NCBI GenBank assembly: GCA_964016885.1
Contig: OZ024743.1
Location: 59,954,001 to 60,018,000, forward strand
Direction: 5' to 3'
DNA length: 64,000 bases
Source: Eledone cirrhosa
Lineage: Eukaryota
The position numbers were made by a program, and so were the translations under genes. The stretch's first letter is position 1. Each line of letters starts with the position of its first letter. Below, piece by piece: positions 39,330-51,625 of the stretch. The notes beneath the pieces are model-generated. The model searched no databases and was not told the DNA's origin. It saw only the letters and a program-made list of their open reading frames with translations.

Positions 39330-42300
39330 TGCTTTCTTTATTAACCACAAGGATTTACATAAAGTAGACATTAAGGACAGTACAGGACAATACAGGACGG
39401 TACAAATGGGCATTTCTGCGTGTAAAAGAAACAGAGGATGTAATAAAAAATAACAATGAAAAATTCACCAATAGGGGGGAGACTTCCGAGGGACATTTGT
39501 GGAGAAAGCCCATTAAAAGGCCACAGTGACCCTGACCACCAGGGCAAGTGCCCTCTCCCAGTTTTGCACCTTTAATTCACTCGGGCCATACTTGCTTCTC
39601 TCATCCATCTTTCAACAACATGCTGGGTAGAGAGCACTTCCCTCTCTACTCTGTTTTCCTTTTCAAAAGTTAATCAGGGCATGACCGAAGAGGTAAGTGC
39701 TCGTCTTCAGCCCTTTCAAACGTGTCCACCATAATATCTCTTTCGCCATGGCCATCAGACAGATACAAACTTCCTGCCCTTCCCTGCTAAAGGAAGAGGG
39801 CGGCGCAATCCTCACGATGGACTCATCTGATAGCCGTATCCGTCCTACACGTGACAGCAGGTGTTCGACATAAACCCACAAGTCAGCGATGCTCGGACAC
39901 TGGACGAGTGCGTGCATGCCAGTTTCGTCGCCCTGCACGCATCTCGGAGATGCCCGACCGACGGCACCTCATGCCTGTAGAGTTTATCCCGAACTGGCAA
40001 AGCTCCTCGGTAGCACTGCCAGGCCACGGATTTCTGGAAGTTGTCCATAGGCCCCAGCCCGAAAGTCCTTCTGAAGAGATTGGCTAGTTGATTTTCGTCG
40101 ACGGCTAGAGTTTCTCCAAGTACGTCGTCGCTCTTCCCCTCCACTAATCCTCTATAGAACGCTAAGATGGAGTTTCCACCGATCACATTGCCCGATTGGT
40201 CGAGGGTTGTGAGCGCCTGAAGACATTCCAGTCTCCAAGCGCTCCCCCTCGTTCTTCGCTTGACCCAGGACTGTAGCTCCGTCAAGGAGACGAGCTGGGG
40301 AAAGATGTGACGAGAAAACGGCCACCACACCTGATCACCGTCAAGGAAGAGGTGGAGATGTCGTAGCCTGAGCGCGTGTCTGCGCATCATCAGCCACGGC
40401 ATGCCCAGCCCTCTACGTAGCGGGTGTTGACAGCAGATGGACCGCCTGACCATCGGAGCGCGTCCCTTCCACAAAAAGCGAAAGAGCAGTCAGGCGGGCC
40501 TTAGGACAAGGTACGACAGTCAGGCGGTAGTAGATGACGGACGCGATGTACGCGTCAGCCAGCTCCGCTCGACCTTTCAGGGATAGCTTCCTCTCCGCCC
40601 ATTTCTGGGTGAGAGAAGCCACCCTGCTTGTCACCTCGTCCCAGTTTTTGTCCGTCTGGTGGTCCGGACCGAACCAGACCCCTAGCAATTTAACCGATCA
40701 GTCCGTCCAGCGCCCGACGACGCTGTTGGACGGTATGGACCTGCCTCTCCAGGTGCCGAGCTGCAGGCCCACTGACTTTTCCTGGTTGATCATTGCTCCT
40801 GTCACCGCATCGTATTCTCTTAGTGTAGTGCCGATCGCCTCGATGTGTTTGGCGTTCGACACCACTACGGTGGCATCGTCCGCATATGCTGACACGAATC
40901 TTCCGCATCCTAGTTCGCGCGGGACGCCCCTCAACGTCTCCAGTTTGTGCAGTAATGGCTCGAGAGTCAATACGTACAAGAGAGACGAGAAGGGACATCG
41001 TTGGCGGACCGAGCGCATGATGATGAACGGTTCCGAAAAGTGACCGTTCACTCTCACCACAGAACAGATGTCGCTGTGCATGGCAGCGATCCAGCCTCTG
41101 AAGACGGGCCCGAAGCTAGCCGCCCTCAGGACTGCCGCTAGGTAGCGATGGTCGACCCTATCGAAAGCTTTCGACTGATCTAAATTGACAAAGGACCCAC
41201 CCGTGCCAGGTTCCCTAGCTACCCTCTCTACAATGTATCGCATGAGGTGGAGGTTGTCGTGGATGGATCTGTTGGGAATGGCGTACGTATGCGCCTCTCC
41301 CACCAGACCACCAACGACAAGCGCCAACCTTTTGCTAGCACCTTGACCAAAATCTTGAACTCTGTGTTTAGCAGAGTTATGGGCCAGAAATTATCTATGT
41401 TATCAACCCTTGTTCGGATCCTTTCTCAGCAGCGCCACATTCCTCGGCACACTGTGCTGGGAATTCTCCCGTTCTGTTGCCAGTTGCTGTAGACGTCCGC
41501 CAAGAGGCCTCCGAACAAGTCTGGCATATGTACGTAAAGTTCATAAGGCAAACCTTCCAATCCAGGCGATTTACCCCTTGTGCAGCCAGTCATTGCCTCC
41601 CGTACTTCAGCGGCTGTTATCGGCGTTTCGCAACTCTCCGCACAGTGGCCGAGAGCCGCGGCAGTCCGTCGAGGTAGGCACTAAAGTACATCCCTCGATT
41701 AGGTCTGCCGCTGCCCCCGAACAGCTGGGCGAAGTGTCGCTGGAAAACTTCACACATTTGCCCGGGATCGAGTAGCATGCCACCCTCGTGGTCCACCAAA
41801 GACCGGATCGTGGCTTTGTTGCCACGACGCGCCTCCGACACTCGGGCCCATTGAACGGCTTTCGTCCCATCGTGTCTGAGAGCACGCACCTAGCTCTGAC
41901 AACGCAGCCTTCGTGCTTTGCTTTGAAGAATTGGTTAAGGGCCAATTTCGCCGCAAGTACGTCGGTCGCGATGCCTTTGCTAAGCGCCTCGTCTAATTTT
42001 CTAACTAATTCTCCCTCTGTTCTATTTTTCTCTTTTGCTAATGCCTTACTAAACCTAATGGACTCTATTCTAATCGCTCTTTTCAGAGCAAACCACCACT
42101 TGTTGTTGACGATGACCCCCGTCAACGCCCGCTTAACTAGTTCGCTTATCCGGTCTCTGTAGGCCTTGCGCGCTGGTAAGGACGCGTTTAGCTTCCAGTA
42201 GCCGGGTCCTCGTCTATGAAGCCTATCTAATTCAAGCACACAGATCACGAATTTGTGGTCCGTGTAGCTGACTATCTTGAATTGTGGACAACCTATGCTA

Positions 42301-44925
42301 GACCTATCTATTTCCCTACAAAATACTATATCTAGATATGATCTGGATGACCATATGCGATTTGTCCAAGTCCACATTGGCACATTCGGGAAATCCAATC
42401 GTTATCTGTTAGACAGTTGAAAACGCCTGAGCAGGTTGGTGAGAACCTTGCACCCTCCTCCCCTATCCACTAATCCCACACAGTATAGCGTGCTTCTAAG
42501 ATCCCGTTCCAGTCGCCCACTAACACTAGAGAGCGGGACGTTCCAAGAAAGGTCTCCAGACGCCGGAAGAAATCAGGCCGCCCTGCTCCTGTTGGGACAT
42601 AGACGGCCACTAGCCTGAAAGCTTGCCCGTCTCCGCTGGTCACGTCCATCACCCCCAACTTACCTTCTCGGTCCAGCAAGATGGCCCGTATGGCGAGATC
42701 CAAACCTGTCCGAAAAAGTACAGCAACTCCTACCCGCGACCCAGGACGTCTGGATGATGCGTACACATCGTACCCGCCGAAGATCGGTGCGAAAGCCCGT
42801 GCTTCGGAGATTCTGGTCTCGCTGATGGCCACTACATGTTTAGTGACCTGAGGTCGGTGAGCAGGTGGCCCTGCTTCCATGACGACCCCATGCCACGCGC
42901 ATTTATGCTGCCTATTCTGAGTGAGGTCATGTTGAAATGGAGTGGAAAAGATGGGAAAGACCACTCACCTTACTTGTGGCCTCCTCCGAAAAGATGTCCT
43001 TATAAATCCTCCTGGAGCGTGCTTGACGGAAGTCTCCGATGTCTTTGGGGAAATTTTGTTTTAGTGTCGTGTACGTTTTCTGTGTGATGCGAGTGATTTG
43101 TATGTGTAGAGGTCGTGTGATGTTTTGGGTTGTTGTGTAGTCTTTTTATGTGATGCTGGTGTCGTGTTGCATGTAGTGTAATAATTGGTTGTTGTTAAAA
43201 TTGAATGCTGTGTAGTGTGTATCGTTTTTGTTGTTTTGTTTTGTTTGCGTTAGTTGTGGGTTTCTTTCTGTTTCGCTTTTTGGTGAGTTTTGTGGTGTTG
43301 GTGATGGTGGTGTTGGGGTTAATGATGGTGATGGTGTTGGTGTTTGTGGTGATTGTGTTGCTGATGCTGGCGTCGATGGTGGCATATCTGTCCTAACTTT
43401 TTTGTTTGATAGTTTATTTGTTTCCCTCTGTATTTTGTTTTTGGAGGGGGAGGGAAGAGAATTTTTTCTTTTTTGGTTTATTTTTTTCCTGATACCGTTT
43501 CCCGATGCTCGTCGTCACAATCTGTTTCCAGTTGTGATAGGCCGGGGAGTGGGAAATCCTCCACAGGCGTTGGATTTGGTTGTGGCGTGGTGGATGGTGT
43601 AGGCGCTTGTGCTAGTTCTGGCGCGTTGGGTGGCGGTTGTGTTGGTTTTGCTACTGTTGCTGAGGTTGTTGCTGTTACAGTTGCTTCTGTTTTTGCTGCT
43701 ACAGTTGTTGCTGCCATCTCTACTGTTGGTGGTGTTGATGGTTGAGTCACTGGGGTGGGTAAGAGAGGTGGCCTCAACCTTTTAGCCTGAGGGCAGAAAG
43801 CCCTTAGGTGGGTTCCTTCACTACAAACGACACACCTAGCCCTTCTGCCCGCGACGGTGAGATGGCTGCTGTCAGTGAGGTCTATTACCTCTGGGATCTC
43901 CTCAATGATTTTTGGTCCGCTTGGATCAGGAGCTCCATCCCAGATCCGGACCAGTTCTGCTTTTCTTTCGCTATTTCGATTATCTTGGTGTTGGCTTCGA
44001 TGCCGACGAGGACGGCAGCTATTAGCCAGGGAATTTCGATGGCCGGTGGAACGTGGGTGACCCTGATCTTTATGAGTCTCTGGCCACAATAGCTTGGGAC
44101 GAGTGTGAAGTCATCACTTCTTAATTGGGCCATGGAGTGTTCTCTAGCCTCCTGTGGTGTTTCAAAGAACACGTCCACGGTTCCATATTTCTGCCCACGT
44201 CTGATGTGGGGGTTTTTTTGCCCACACATGTCCCAAAGCTTTTTCAATTTAGGACTCAGATGCCCGTTCCACTCGGCGCGATATTATGTTAATTGATCGA
44301 TAAGACACGGTGCATAGGCGCCGATGCTCTATTTTATTAGGGGGAGGGAGTGAGGCTGAACCTGTACCCATCTTTCTTTACCATTTTTTGGGGCTTCTTC
44401 TAATTCCTCCTGGGTTACGTGAGATGCTTCGCACTGTGTTGCTACTCTGGCAAAACTCAGGGTGGTTTTTCTTAATTCATTGTTGCTGTTACCGTTATTT
44501 TTGTTATTGTTAATTTTAGTTTCAATTGTGGTGGTGGTGGCATCAGTGCTATTCGGTGTGGAAGAGTTCATTTTGGTTGAATTCATTTCGATATCACGAG
44601 TTAATTTATTTTTTTCTTTTGTTTCTATTGTCGCGGTGGTGATGGGGGGGGGGTGATGGTGGTGGCGGCTTTAACACCTGCAGTCATTGGTAATGGCGAG
44701 AAATGAATGTCTGCCTGAGACAAATTTAAAATATTGCTACTGCTTATATTTTTAGTGTTGGCAAACGTAGTAATATTTACAATGGTGGCGTCGGTGTGAG
44801 GTGTTAGTTTGTGAGGAAGTAGTGATTTTGAGTCGTCCATGATTTTTCAAAGAAAAACTTTTGTTTGATAATTATAAAAGTTTAAATTTTGGGCTCAAGG
44901 CCCCAATCTTTTTGGGTGTCCTTTT
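39330..44925 (-). mobile_element. Tx1/L1-clade LINE, second family, near full-length and disrupted
   Basis: ORF1 pieces with a Zn knuckle (RARCVVCSEGTHLRAFCP). APE motifs VVAISETR, LVAVYVP, LVGDWN, SYLD, YTDH, GYWKLN. RT motifs NLDQSKAFDRVDH, SVRQ.CP.S.LLY, AYADD, LGVWF, GLGMP. The 3' end abuts (ATT)n. Confidence 0.92.
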
Positions 44926-44957
44926 CAGATAACAATGTATGTGCACTTATATACAGT

Positions 44958-45585
44958 TAACATACATTGGAGAATGTGTAAGCATTTTGACCTTCCCCAT
45001 TAAAAGAATTGGTGGGAGCATCAACCACCTCCCATACTTGAAAAAAGATCACATCTCAATCTTGTGGAAATTTAGCATCCAAACAGACCGAAAAATAGAT
45101 GCAAATAAACCTGATATAATACTGAAGGACTTTAAAAAGAGGGTATGCCTGCTAATCGATATGTCCGTTCCAATAGACAAGAATGTATATATAAAAACAT
45201 TTGAAAAATTGAGCAAGAATAAGGACCTGGAGATAGAAATTGGAAAAATGTGGAAATTGAGAACTAAAACAACACCAGTGGTTGTAGGCGCTCTAGGAAT
45301 GATACCTAAGGGGTCTAATGATTACTTATCGCAAATCCCAGGAAACCCACGTATAGGAGAAATACAAAAGATAGTACTAATGGGAACTGCCCATATACTA
45401 AGGGAGATTCTGTCAATATAAGTACATCACAAGTCTAAACACCTAAGAAGCATGTGTGTGTATGTATGTTATTGAACATGGCGGACCTTGTTGTCACTTG
45501 ATGTCACTGGTTTTGACTTGGTGATAACTCGTATGAACATAAAGCAAGATACATGCAACTGTAATAATAATAATAATAATAATAA
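44958..45585 (+). mobile_element. R4/Dong family B 3' fragment
   Basis: RLE piece (KPDIILKD..LIDMSVP..GTAHILREIL), family B 3' UTR and (AAT)n tail. Confidence 0.9.
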
Positions 45586-45798
45586 TGGTCTCTGATTTAA
45601 GCACAACGTCAGCAATTCTGGGTGAAAGAGAAAGTCGATTAAAACGACCCAGTGCATTACTGGTACTTTAATTTATCGATCCTGTAAGGATGAACGGCAG
45701 AATTAACCTCAGCGAAATTTGAACGCAGAACTTAAAGAGCCGTAACTCTATCCCGTGAAACATGTTGTCGGACACTCTACTGATACTGCCAATCCACC
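45586..45798 (-). mobile_element. tRNA-derived SINE (family S1)
   Basis: S1 central block and head. The tail abuts the (AAT)n of the R4-B fragment. Confidence 0.8.
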
Positions 45799-45859
45799 AT
45801 TTGTTTGTCCCTTTTGCAATGTTTCTCTAGCAATCGGCTACTAGATGAAGCGTGTTAAT

Positions 45860-46036
45860 TGGTCTCAAATCAGTCCCTGATTTCAAGTGGGATTCTGGCA
45901 GTGCTAGTGATGATAGAAATCTGGACCTTGCCTATGAGATCGAGTATTCCAATGCTTTTTATGAAAGACATAATAAGTTTAGGGACCGTGCCTAGCCCAT
46001 CAGTGACAATGGACTCTTCCTTCATGGTGATTTGTT
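45860..46036 (-). mobile_element. Old R4-like RLE C-terminal remnant
   Basis: Minus-strand translation SIVTDGLGTVPK...SIGILDLIGKVQISIITSTARIP resembles the PIVIGALGT...Q.....TARIL terminus of R4 proteins. Confidence 0.5.
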
Positions 46037-46099
46037 CTAAATAACAATGACAATAATAATAATAGCGACAGTAGAACTAATAGCAGCAACATCATCATC

Positions 46100-46152
<53 letters not shown>

Positions 46153-46171
46153 CTATTGTTGTTGTTGTTGT
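46100..46171. repeat. (AGT)n/(GTT)n trinucleotide repeat
   Basis: Direct reading. Confidence 0.95.
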
Positions 46172-46889
46172 GTTGTAGTTATAATCAATGAACCGATAGA
46201 TATAATTGTTCATCGTCAACGGTGACTGATACCCATTTACATCAATCAATATAAATCTATGACTTCGTTTTGCATTCTCTGAATAGAATTTGTAATCGGA
46301 TGTCAAACATACAGCGATATTTAAATTAATTTTCCAACTACATGGAAACAATATATTTATATGTTGTAGACTATGTTCTCTCGGCATAATGCCAAGGTTA
46401 ACCAGATACTAATATCGACCAATCAACTGAAATCCATAATTATATTGAGACGTTTAAAGATTTGGTGTGAGACTGATAGTCATCTATAGGAATACTTATT
46501 TCCTGTGTACATAAACTTCAACCAGCTAGGTTTCTCACATTTCTGGCAATGTGATTGTGAGGGATATGAACATGAACACATCAATCCAAATCACGAATCA
46601 AGAAGGACAAAAATCGAATCTTGGCACTAATATAATTGATTAGTGACACATTAAATGAAAATGTAATGATTAACATATCGAGTATTGATTCCAAGTTGGG
46701 ACGTTGTGGTTTTTCTAAAATAATCAATTTCTGTCTCATTTTCAGATGCTCACTCATAGTAGTAAAGTTATGCAAAAAAGAATTTCTCCGGCTTCATGTT
46801 GCTATACCAGAGTCGTTGCCCAACCATTTCTCTATCTATAATATCATTAAACTATAGTGATTTAGTTCTTCGCACATCAAGTATTTTTC

Positions 46890-47275
46890 TCTGGGTAATT
46901 GCTGGCCTTGTGTCTAAAGTAGAAACAATTATTATTGGCAGTATCGGTAGGGGGTCGGACGCCATGCTTTGAAGCATAGAGTTACCTCCCTGTATGATCT
47001 GAGTTCAAATCCCGGCGAGGTTAACTTTGCCTTTGATCCTTCCGGGGGTCGATAAAATAAAGTACCAGTAATGCACTGGTTAATTACTGGCCTTGTGCCA
47101 ACATTAGAAACAATTATTATCAGGGATTGTCAGTCGTTAGAACAATGTATAGAACCCTTCCATGGTAATCGTTCCGTCAATCTTTGTTCTGCGCTCAAAT
47201 CTAGCTGATTCAAACCTTGCCTGTTCTCATTTCGAGTGCACTAACTAATGTACCAGTCAAGTACTGGGGTCGGGT
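46890..47275 (+). mobile_element. Tandem S1 SINE pieces (tail fragment, near-complete copy 46936-47120, diverged copy)
   Basis: TGGCAGTATCGG A-box, GAGTTCAAATC B-box, central block, and tail GGCCTTGTGCCAACATTAGAAACAATTATTAT. Confidence 0.85.
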
Positions 47276-48349
47276 TTTCATATCTCTCTCTCTAGCTCTC
47301 TGGGTCTTTGTTTCTTTCTCTGAAAGAAATTGGTTGTGTACCAACCTAGAGTGTAAGGTGGTCTACCAGGTTTAAACATCACATGACATAATGATTGGCA
47401 TGGTCGTTTCTCTAAGATTCCATCGAGATTTAACAGCCCTTTTTATGAATAAAAAAAGCCGGATTAATGATGTACTTTCAGGCATGTTGAGGAAAATAAA
47501 TATATCGATAGCAGTTGAGAACATGTTAGCGAAAAGATCCTGCATCTTCAGGCACGACACATGCTCGCACAGATTATTCTTCCCGAAAAGAAAAACAAAT
47601 AATCGCCAGGTTGTCGCTGGCATTAATATAGGTAACCGATTTAAACAAAACAAACATATATTAATTTAGGCTTATACCCGAGCAATCAGGACCCACGAGA
47701 AGTCTTCTGTATTAGCATCAATTTCGAATCATATTTTGTGATTTAAATGATGTTACGATTCGATTTTCTTTTACACACGCAACATTTATTTGTGTATGAA
47801 GTCATATTAAATACCATCGATGTAGACAAAACCCTTTCAGCAATTTAATGATTATATATGTAGTTAAATTTCGGATCTATATATCCAGTAATCATAAACT
47901 ACGAGCACAACGGGACACAATTTGTAATTATCTATTTTGGGTGTGTTTTGAATCTCCTGGCTATACAGAGAATAATTACTACTTTATAACGGTGTGAGAT
48001 CGAATGAATATTCCCACTCACCTACTAAACGTTTATTGAACTTCAGTTGTGTAATAGATGTTTTCATCAACACTTCGGTTTACAGATAGTAATATGTGTT
48101 ATTCCTTTCTGAAATGTTCATTTATATTCAAATTATAACTCACAGACATACAGTTTCATTAACATATGCACCCCCCTCCCTCTATCTCTCTCTCTCACAC
48201 ACACACACACTATACCTCGTAAACTGTGGCCGACAGTAACACATATAAATACGCTCATTTGCCATAGACATTTGACTATACAGTAAAATATATATGATCA
48301 GCTTATTACTTATAATATGATAATTATGTTTTAAAACAGCGAGCGAGTT

Positions 48350-48540
48350 TTGAAAATTATAAATAGAAGAGCCTTATTTTTTTACTAAAGAATGTTTAGC
48401 CTGATAGTGCGGTTTAGAACCCTCAAAGAAATGAAAAAGATGATATTATTTTTCCATTTCTTTGAGGCTTCTAAACTCCACTGCAAAGCTAAAATTTCTT
48501 TAATAAAAAAATATGGTGAAAGCTTCTAATTCTAATTTTT
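48350..48540. repeat. Imperfect fold-back (MITE-like)
   Basis: tattttttttactaaagaa..ttagc...gtttagaaccctcaaagaaatgaaaaa pairs with tttttccatttctttgaggcttctaaac...gctaaaatttctttaataaaaaaata. Confidence 0.6.
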
Positions 48541-48729
48541 TCTAATATGCTGGATGGTTCAATTGATCCGATGTATGTGCAATAAAGGCTGCCTTGATCT
48601 AAACGGTGATATCTATATACAAATATCTTCTGAATTTTAACCCCATGTAAAGCGCACTTGAAACTAGCTGAAATATGAGTACATCAATATGAATGTAAAG
48701 TTATACAATTAATCCTCTATCAACTAACT

Positions 48730-48990
48730 GCACATGGTCTAGTAGTAAGGGTGTTGGACTCACGATATTAACATCGTAGGTTCGATTCCTGGGCTGCGAT
48801 GCGTGTCGTGTTCTTGAGCAAAACACTTCATTTCACGTTGCTCCTGTATATTCAGTTGAACATGAGCACCAGCTGGGGGTTTAACCCTGCGATTGACTGG
48901 CGTCCTGTCCAGGGGGGAGTCTTGTACGCTCAGTGGCTCCCGCCATGAAACCGAAATAAGCATCCGCCAGATAACCCTTCTGGCTTAAGA
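48730..48990 (+). mobile_element. tRNA-derived SINE (family S2) with a CORE-like block
   Basis: A-box TGGTCTAGTAG and B-box GGTTCGATTCC, then GTGTTCTTGAGCAAAACACTT (CORE-like) and CCCTGCGATTGACTGGCGTCCTGTCCAGGG (V-domain-like). Domain names are from memory and unverified. Confidence 0.75.
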
Positions 48991-49112
48991 CTGACGCGTG
49001 ACTTAGACAACTAAGAGGACGGTTTTCAACTTGAACATAACTACTAAATAATGGAAATATCCACCGTTTATGTTACATGATTATATATCTGACTAAAGAT
49101 AGTTATATAATA

Positions 49113-49445
49113 ATTGTTTCTATTTTAGTCACAAGGCTAGAAATTTGGAGGGAGGGGAAAGTTGATTAAATCGACTCCTCTCTCTCACGAAGCGGTGTGT
49201 CCGATGCATTACCGATACAAGCAATCTACCGCCCTATTAATGGTTTCTGATATAGGCCAAAAGCTAGCAATTTTGGTGGAGGGGAAAGTCGATTAAATTG
49301 ACCCCAGTTCATTACTAGTGCCTTATTTTATTGGCCCCGTATGGATGAAATGCAAAGCTAACTTCGACTGAATTTGAACTCAGATCGTAAAGGACCATAA
49401 TTATATGATACTAAGCTTGTTGTCCGACGATCTACCGATACTGAC
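49113..49445 (-). mobile_element. Two tandem S1 SINE copies (first internally deleted)
   Basis: S1 tail, central block and head motifs. Confidence 0.75.
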
Positions 49446-49463
49446 ATTAACACTAGGTTTCCT

Positions 49464-49657
49464 TCATAAATATCTTCTACCATTAAGACGTTTGGTGTCC
49501 CCATTTCCTTCACTGCCGTTTTTCTTAGCAAAATCGAGAGGAAGGTATGAAGCTTCAGAAAGGAGATCTCGAAGTGTAAATATGGATGCAGTGGGTATCA
49601 TCGGCAGTTTTCGGCAACAATGTTTTCTGCATCTTGTTCGAGCTGATATATACCAAC
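49464..49657 (-). CDS. Possible host coding exon (unidentified)
   Basis: Unique-looking sequence with acceptor ttgcag|G at 49658/49657 and an open frame WYISARTRCRKHCCRKLPMIPTASIFTLRDLLSEASYLPLDFAKKNGSEGNGDTKRLNGRRYL*. An optional GT donor after 49481 would give a 177-nt symmetric exon. No homology recognised. Confidence 0.25.
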
Positions 49658-51029
49658 CTGCAAGCTATGTAATGCCTGATAAATTTCGATATTTCTTTTC
49701 TTTTCTGTTTGTCATTAAGATATATGCTTCATGGCCATTTCAGTTCTCACTTCGAATACCACCGTGGTTAGATATAGAAAAAAGTACCAGTAACGCACTG
49801 GGGACGGTTTTATCGATTTTCCCCTTCCTCCCGAAAAGTGTTGGTTTTGTACCTAAATCAGAAACCATTATGATAATGTAAACATATCTGTAATTCTTTC
49901 GTTTCAAAACCGCTTTACTCTACAAATATATCAATATTACAGCTTAAAGTGTGTTTGTCATAGTCCTTCAGAAAAATAATATAAAACCAAGTTGTTTGTC
50001 AACTTTGTAGCCATTCATATACTATTTAATTGTTTGTTGGATCTCGTTGTAATTTTTCTGTTTGTCAACTAGAGTAAATCATAGAAATACAGTGGTTTTA
50101 GTCTTCAGAAACCGTAACAACTCGTTGGAAAATATATTATATTTGAAAGAGGTTTGAGGACATTGACAGGAAAGATGAGTGAGAAATTTAGCACTTTAAA
50201 CCACAATACAAGATACGAGGCAAGTAAACAAAGACAATAGCAACATCACTTAATTATTAGATCGCTCTTCCAGGAAACTCGAGGCATCTCGCTAATTGTT
50301 TTGTAATACATTTCAACTGATTTTACTGGCGCCACATATATTTTGGATTTTGAATACGTGTTTAAATAACTAACAAGAGATAAAACAGAAAACACCACCT
50401 TCATAATAACTTGGATACTTCCGGTGTCATAGAAGATGTGTATTGCAATTTATACAAATGCTGTCCGTTACCCAAAATGATTTGCATAAATGGCAGTTGA
50501 GGTTGTTTATCTAGCAGTTAAAATGTAGCTTATTTTGACTTCCCCACAACTGATATTGCTATATCTAGCTACATTCTATCAAAAGTATAATTATAACTAC
50601 TTGCAATAGACTATACACTTCAAATACAAGAGGAGAAAACATCGAAAACGACAGAACCAATTATATGAACTATGACCAATAAAGCTGTTTATACGTTTGG
50701 AAATGAATATTTGATTCGACGTTCTTTGTTGTGTTCCATCGGGGTCAGTTTCTTCTTTTTACGTGTTTGGAGGTAATACAAAAACTAGTCTGTGGTAATG
50801 AATTGGGAAATTGTTAGGGCGTGAGACACGATTGATTTATTGCGGCCTTTACTTAAGTTCTTTTATTCCAAATACTCAACACGAATGCTATATAGAAAAG
50901 AGATCATTATATAACTCAAATGAAGCCACAGAGGTTAATTCCGTGGGATATTAATATGGTGTGATATCAACAGCGCATTTGCAGTAATTTTCCCTGCAGT
51001 TAGGACCACGATAAAATGGACGCAGGATA

Positions 51030-51625
51030 TTCTGCATTTTTTAGCTAAGATCAGAAGGCTTGCAGATGCGTTTCTTCCCCGCAGACGAAGCAGTGCGTCC
51101 TTCTTTCCTCAGTGATTAATTGGATTTTGTCCCGTCCTTCATGTGGGAAAAATCCGGGATCTTGTTGATGTCCTATGGTTTCATTTGCAGAAGAATCTCC
51201 AAATCCATTCCGGAACAGTCTTCTCTCTCTGTCATTTTGATATCTAGGAGGGTAGTATCTGTCCCCTCCAGGATTACACACCCCAGGAGCCAACATATGT
51301 ACATTCCATGTGGGATCCTGGGAATGCGGACCTTTACTGTTCTGTTGCCCATGTAGGACGGGTGCATGATAATGCGTTCCGTTCTGCAGGGGGTCCGGCG
51401 TGCTTAATAGCAAGGACCTCGGTTTTGAAGAGTACCGAGATGGTACTAAATTGCTTGGCCCTTGCTTTATACTCTAGGTCACTTCCGATGCACTTCAAAG
51501 CAGCCTCCACCTTTGCTTGGCTGGCAATTCCTTTTGCGTGTCTGCACTGTAATAGATCGAAAGTACACCGTCCTCCTTTGCATAGCCGTTATTGCCCCGT
51601 CTGGGATAGTCAAGTTTGCCCAAGC
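51030..51625 (-). mobile_element. Tx1 ORF1 fragment, same family as 14185-18720
   Basis: Collinear with about 17410-18010 (HPSYMG..VRIPRIP..WLLGCVI..RRTHCFVCGEETHLQAF). Confidence 0.85.

Noticed and set aside
46560-47670. Short ORFs and splice-like signals in unique-looking sequence
   Set aside because: No recognisable homology or consistent exon phase, so they cannot be supported from sequence alone.
48730-48800. tRNA gene
   Set aside because: It has A and B boxes but no proper acceptor stem, and it continues into a SINE body.
49405-49881. 158-aa plus-strand ORF
   Set aside because: Both ends lie in SINE-derived sequence and it has no recognisable domain.
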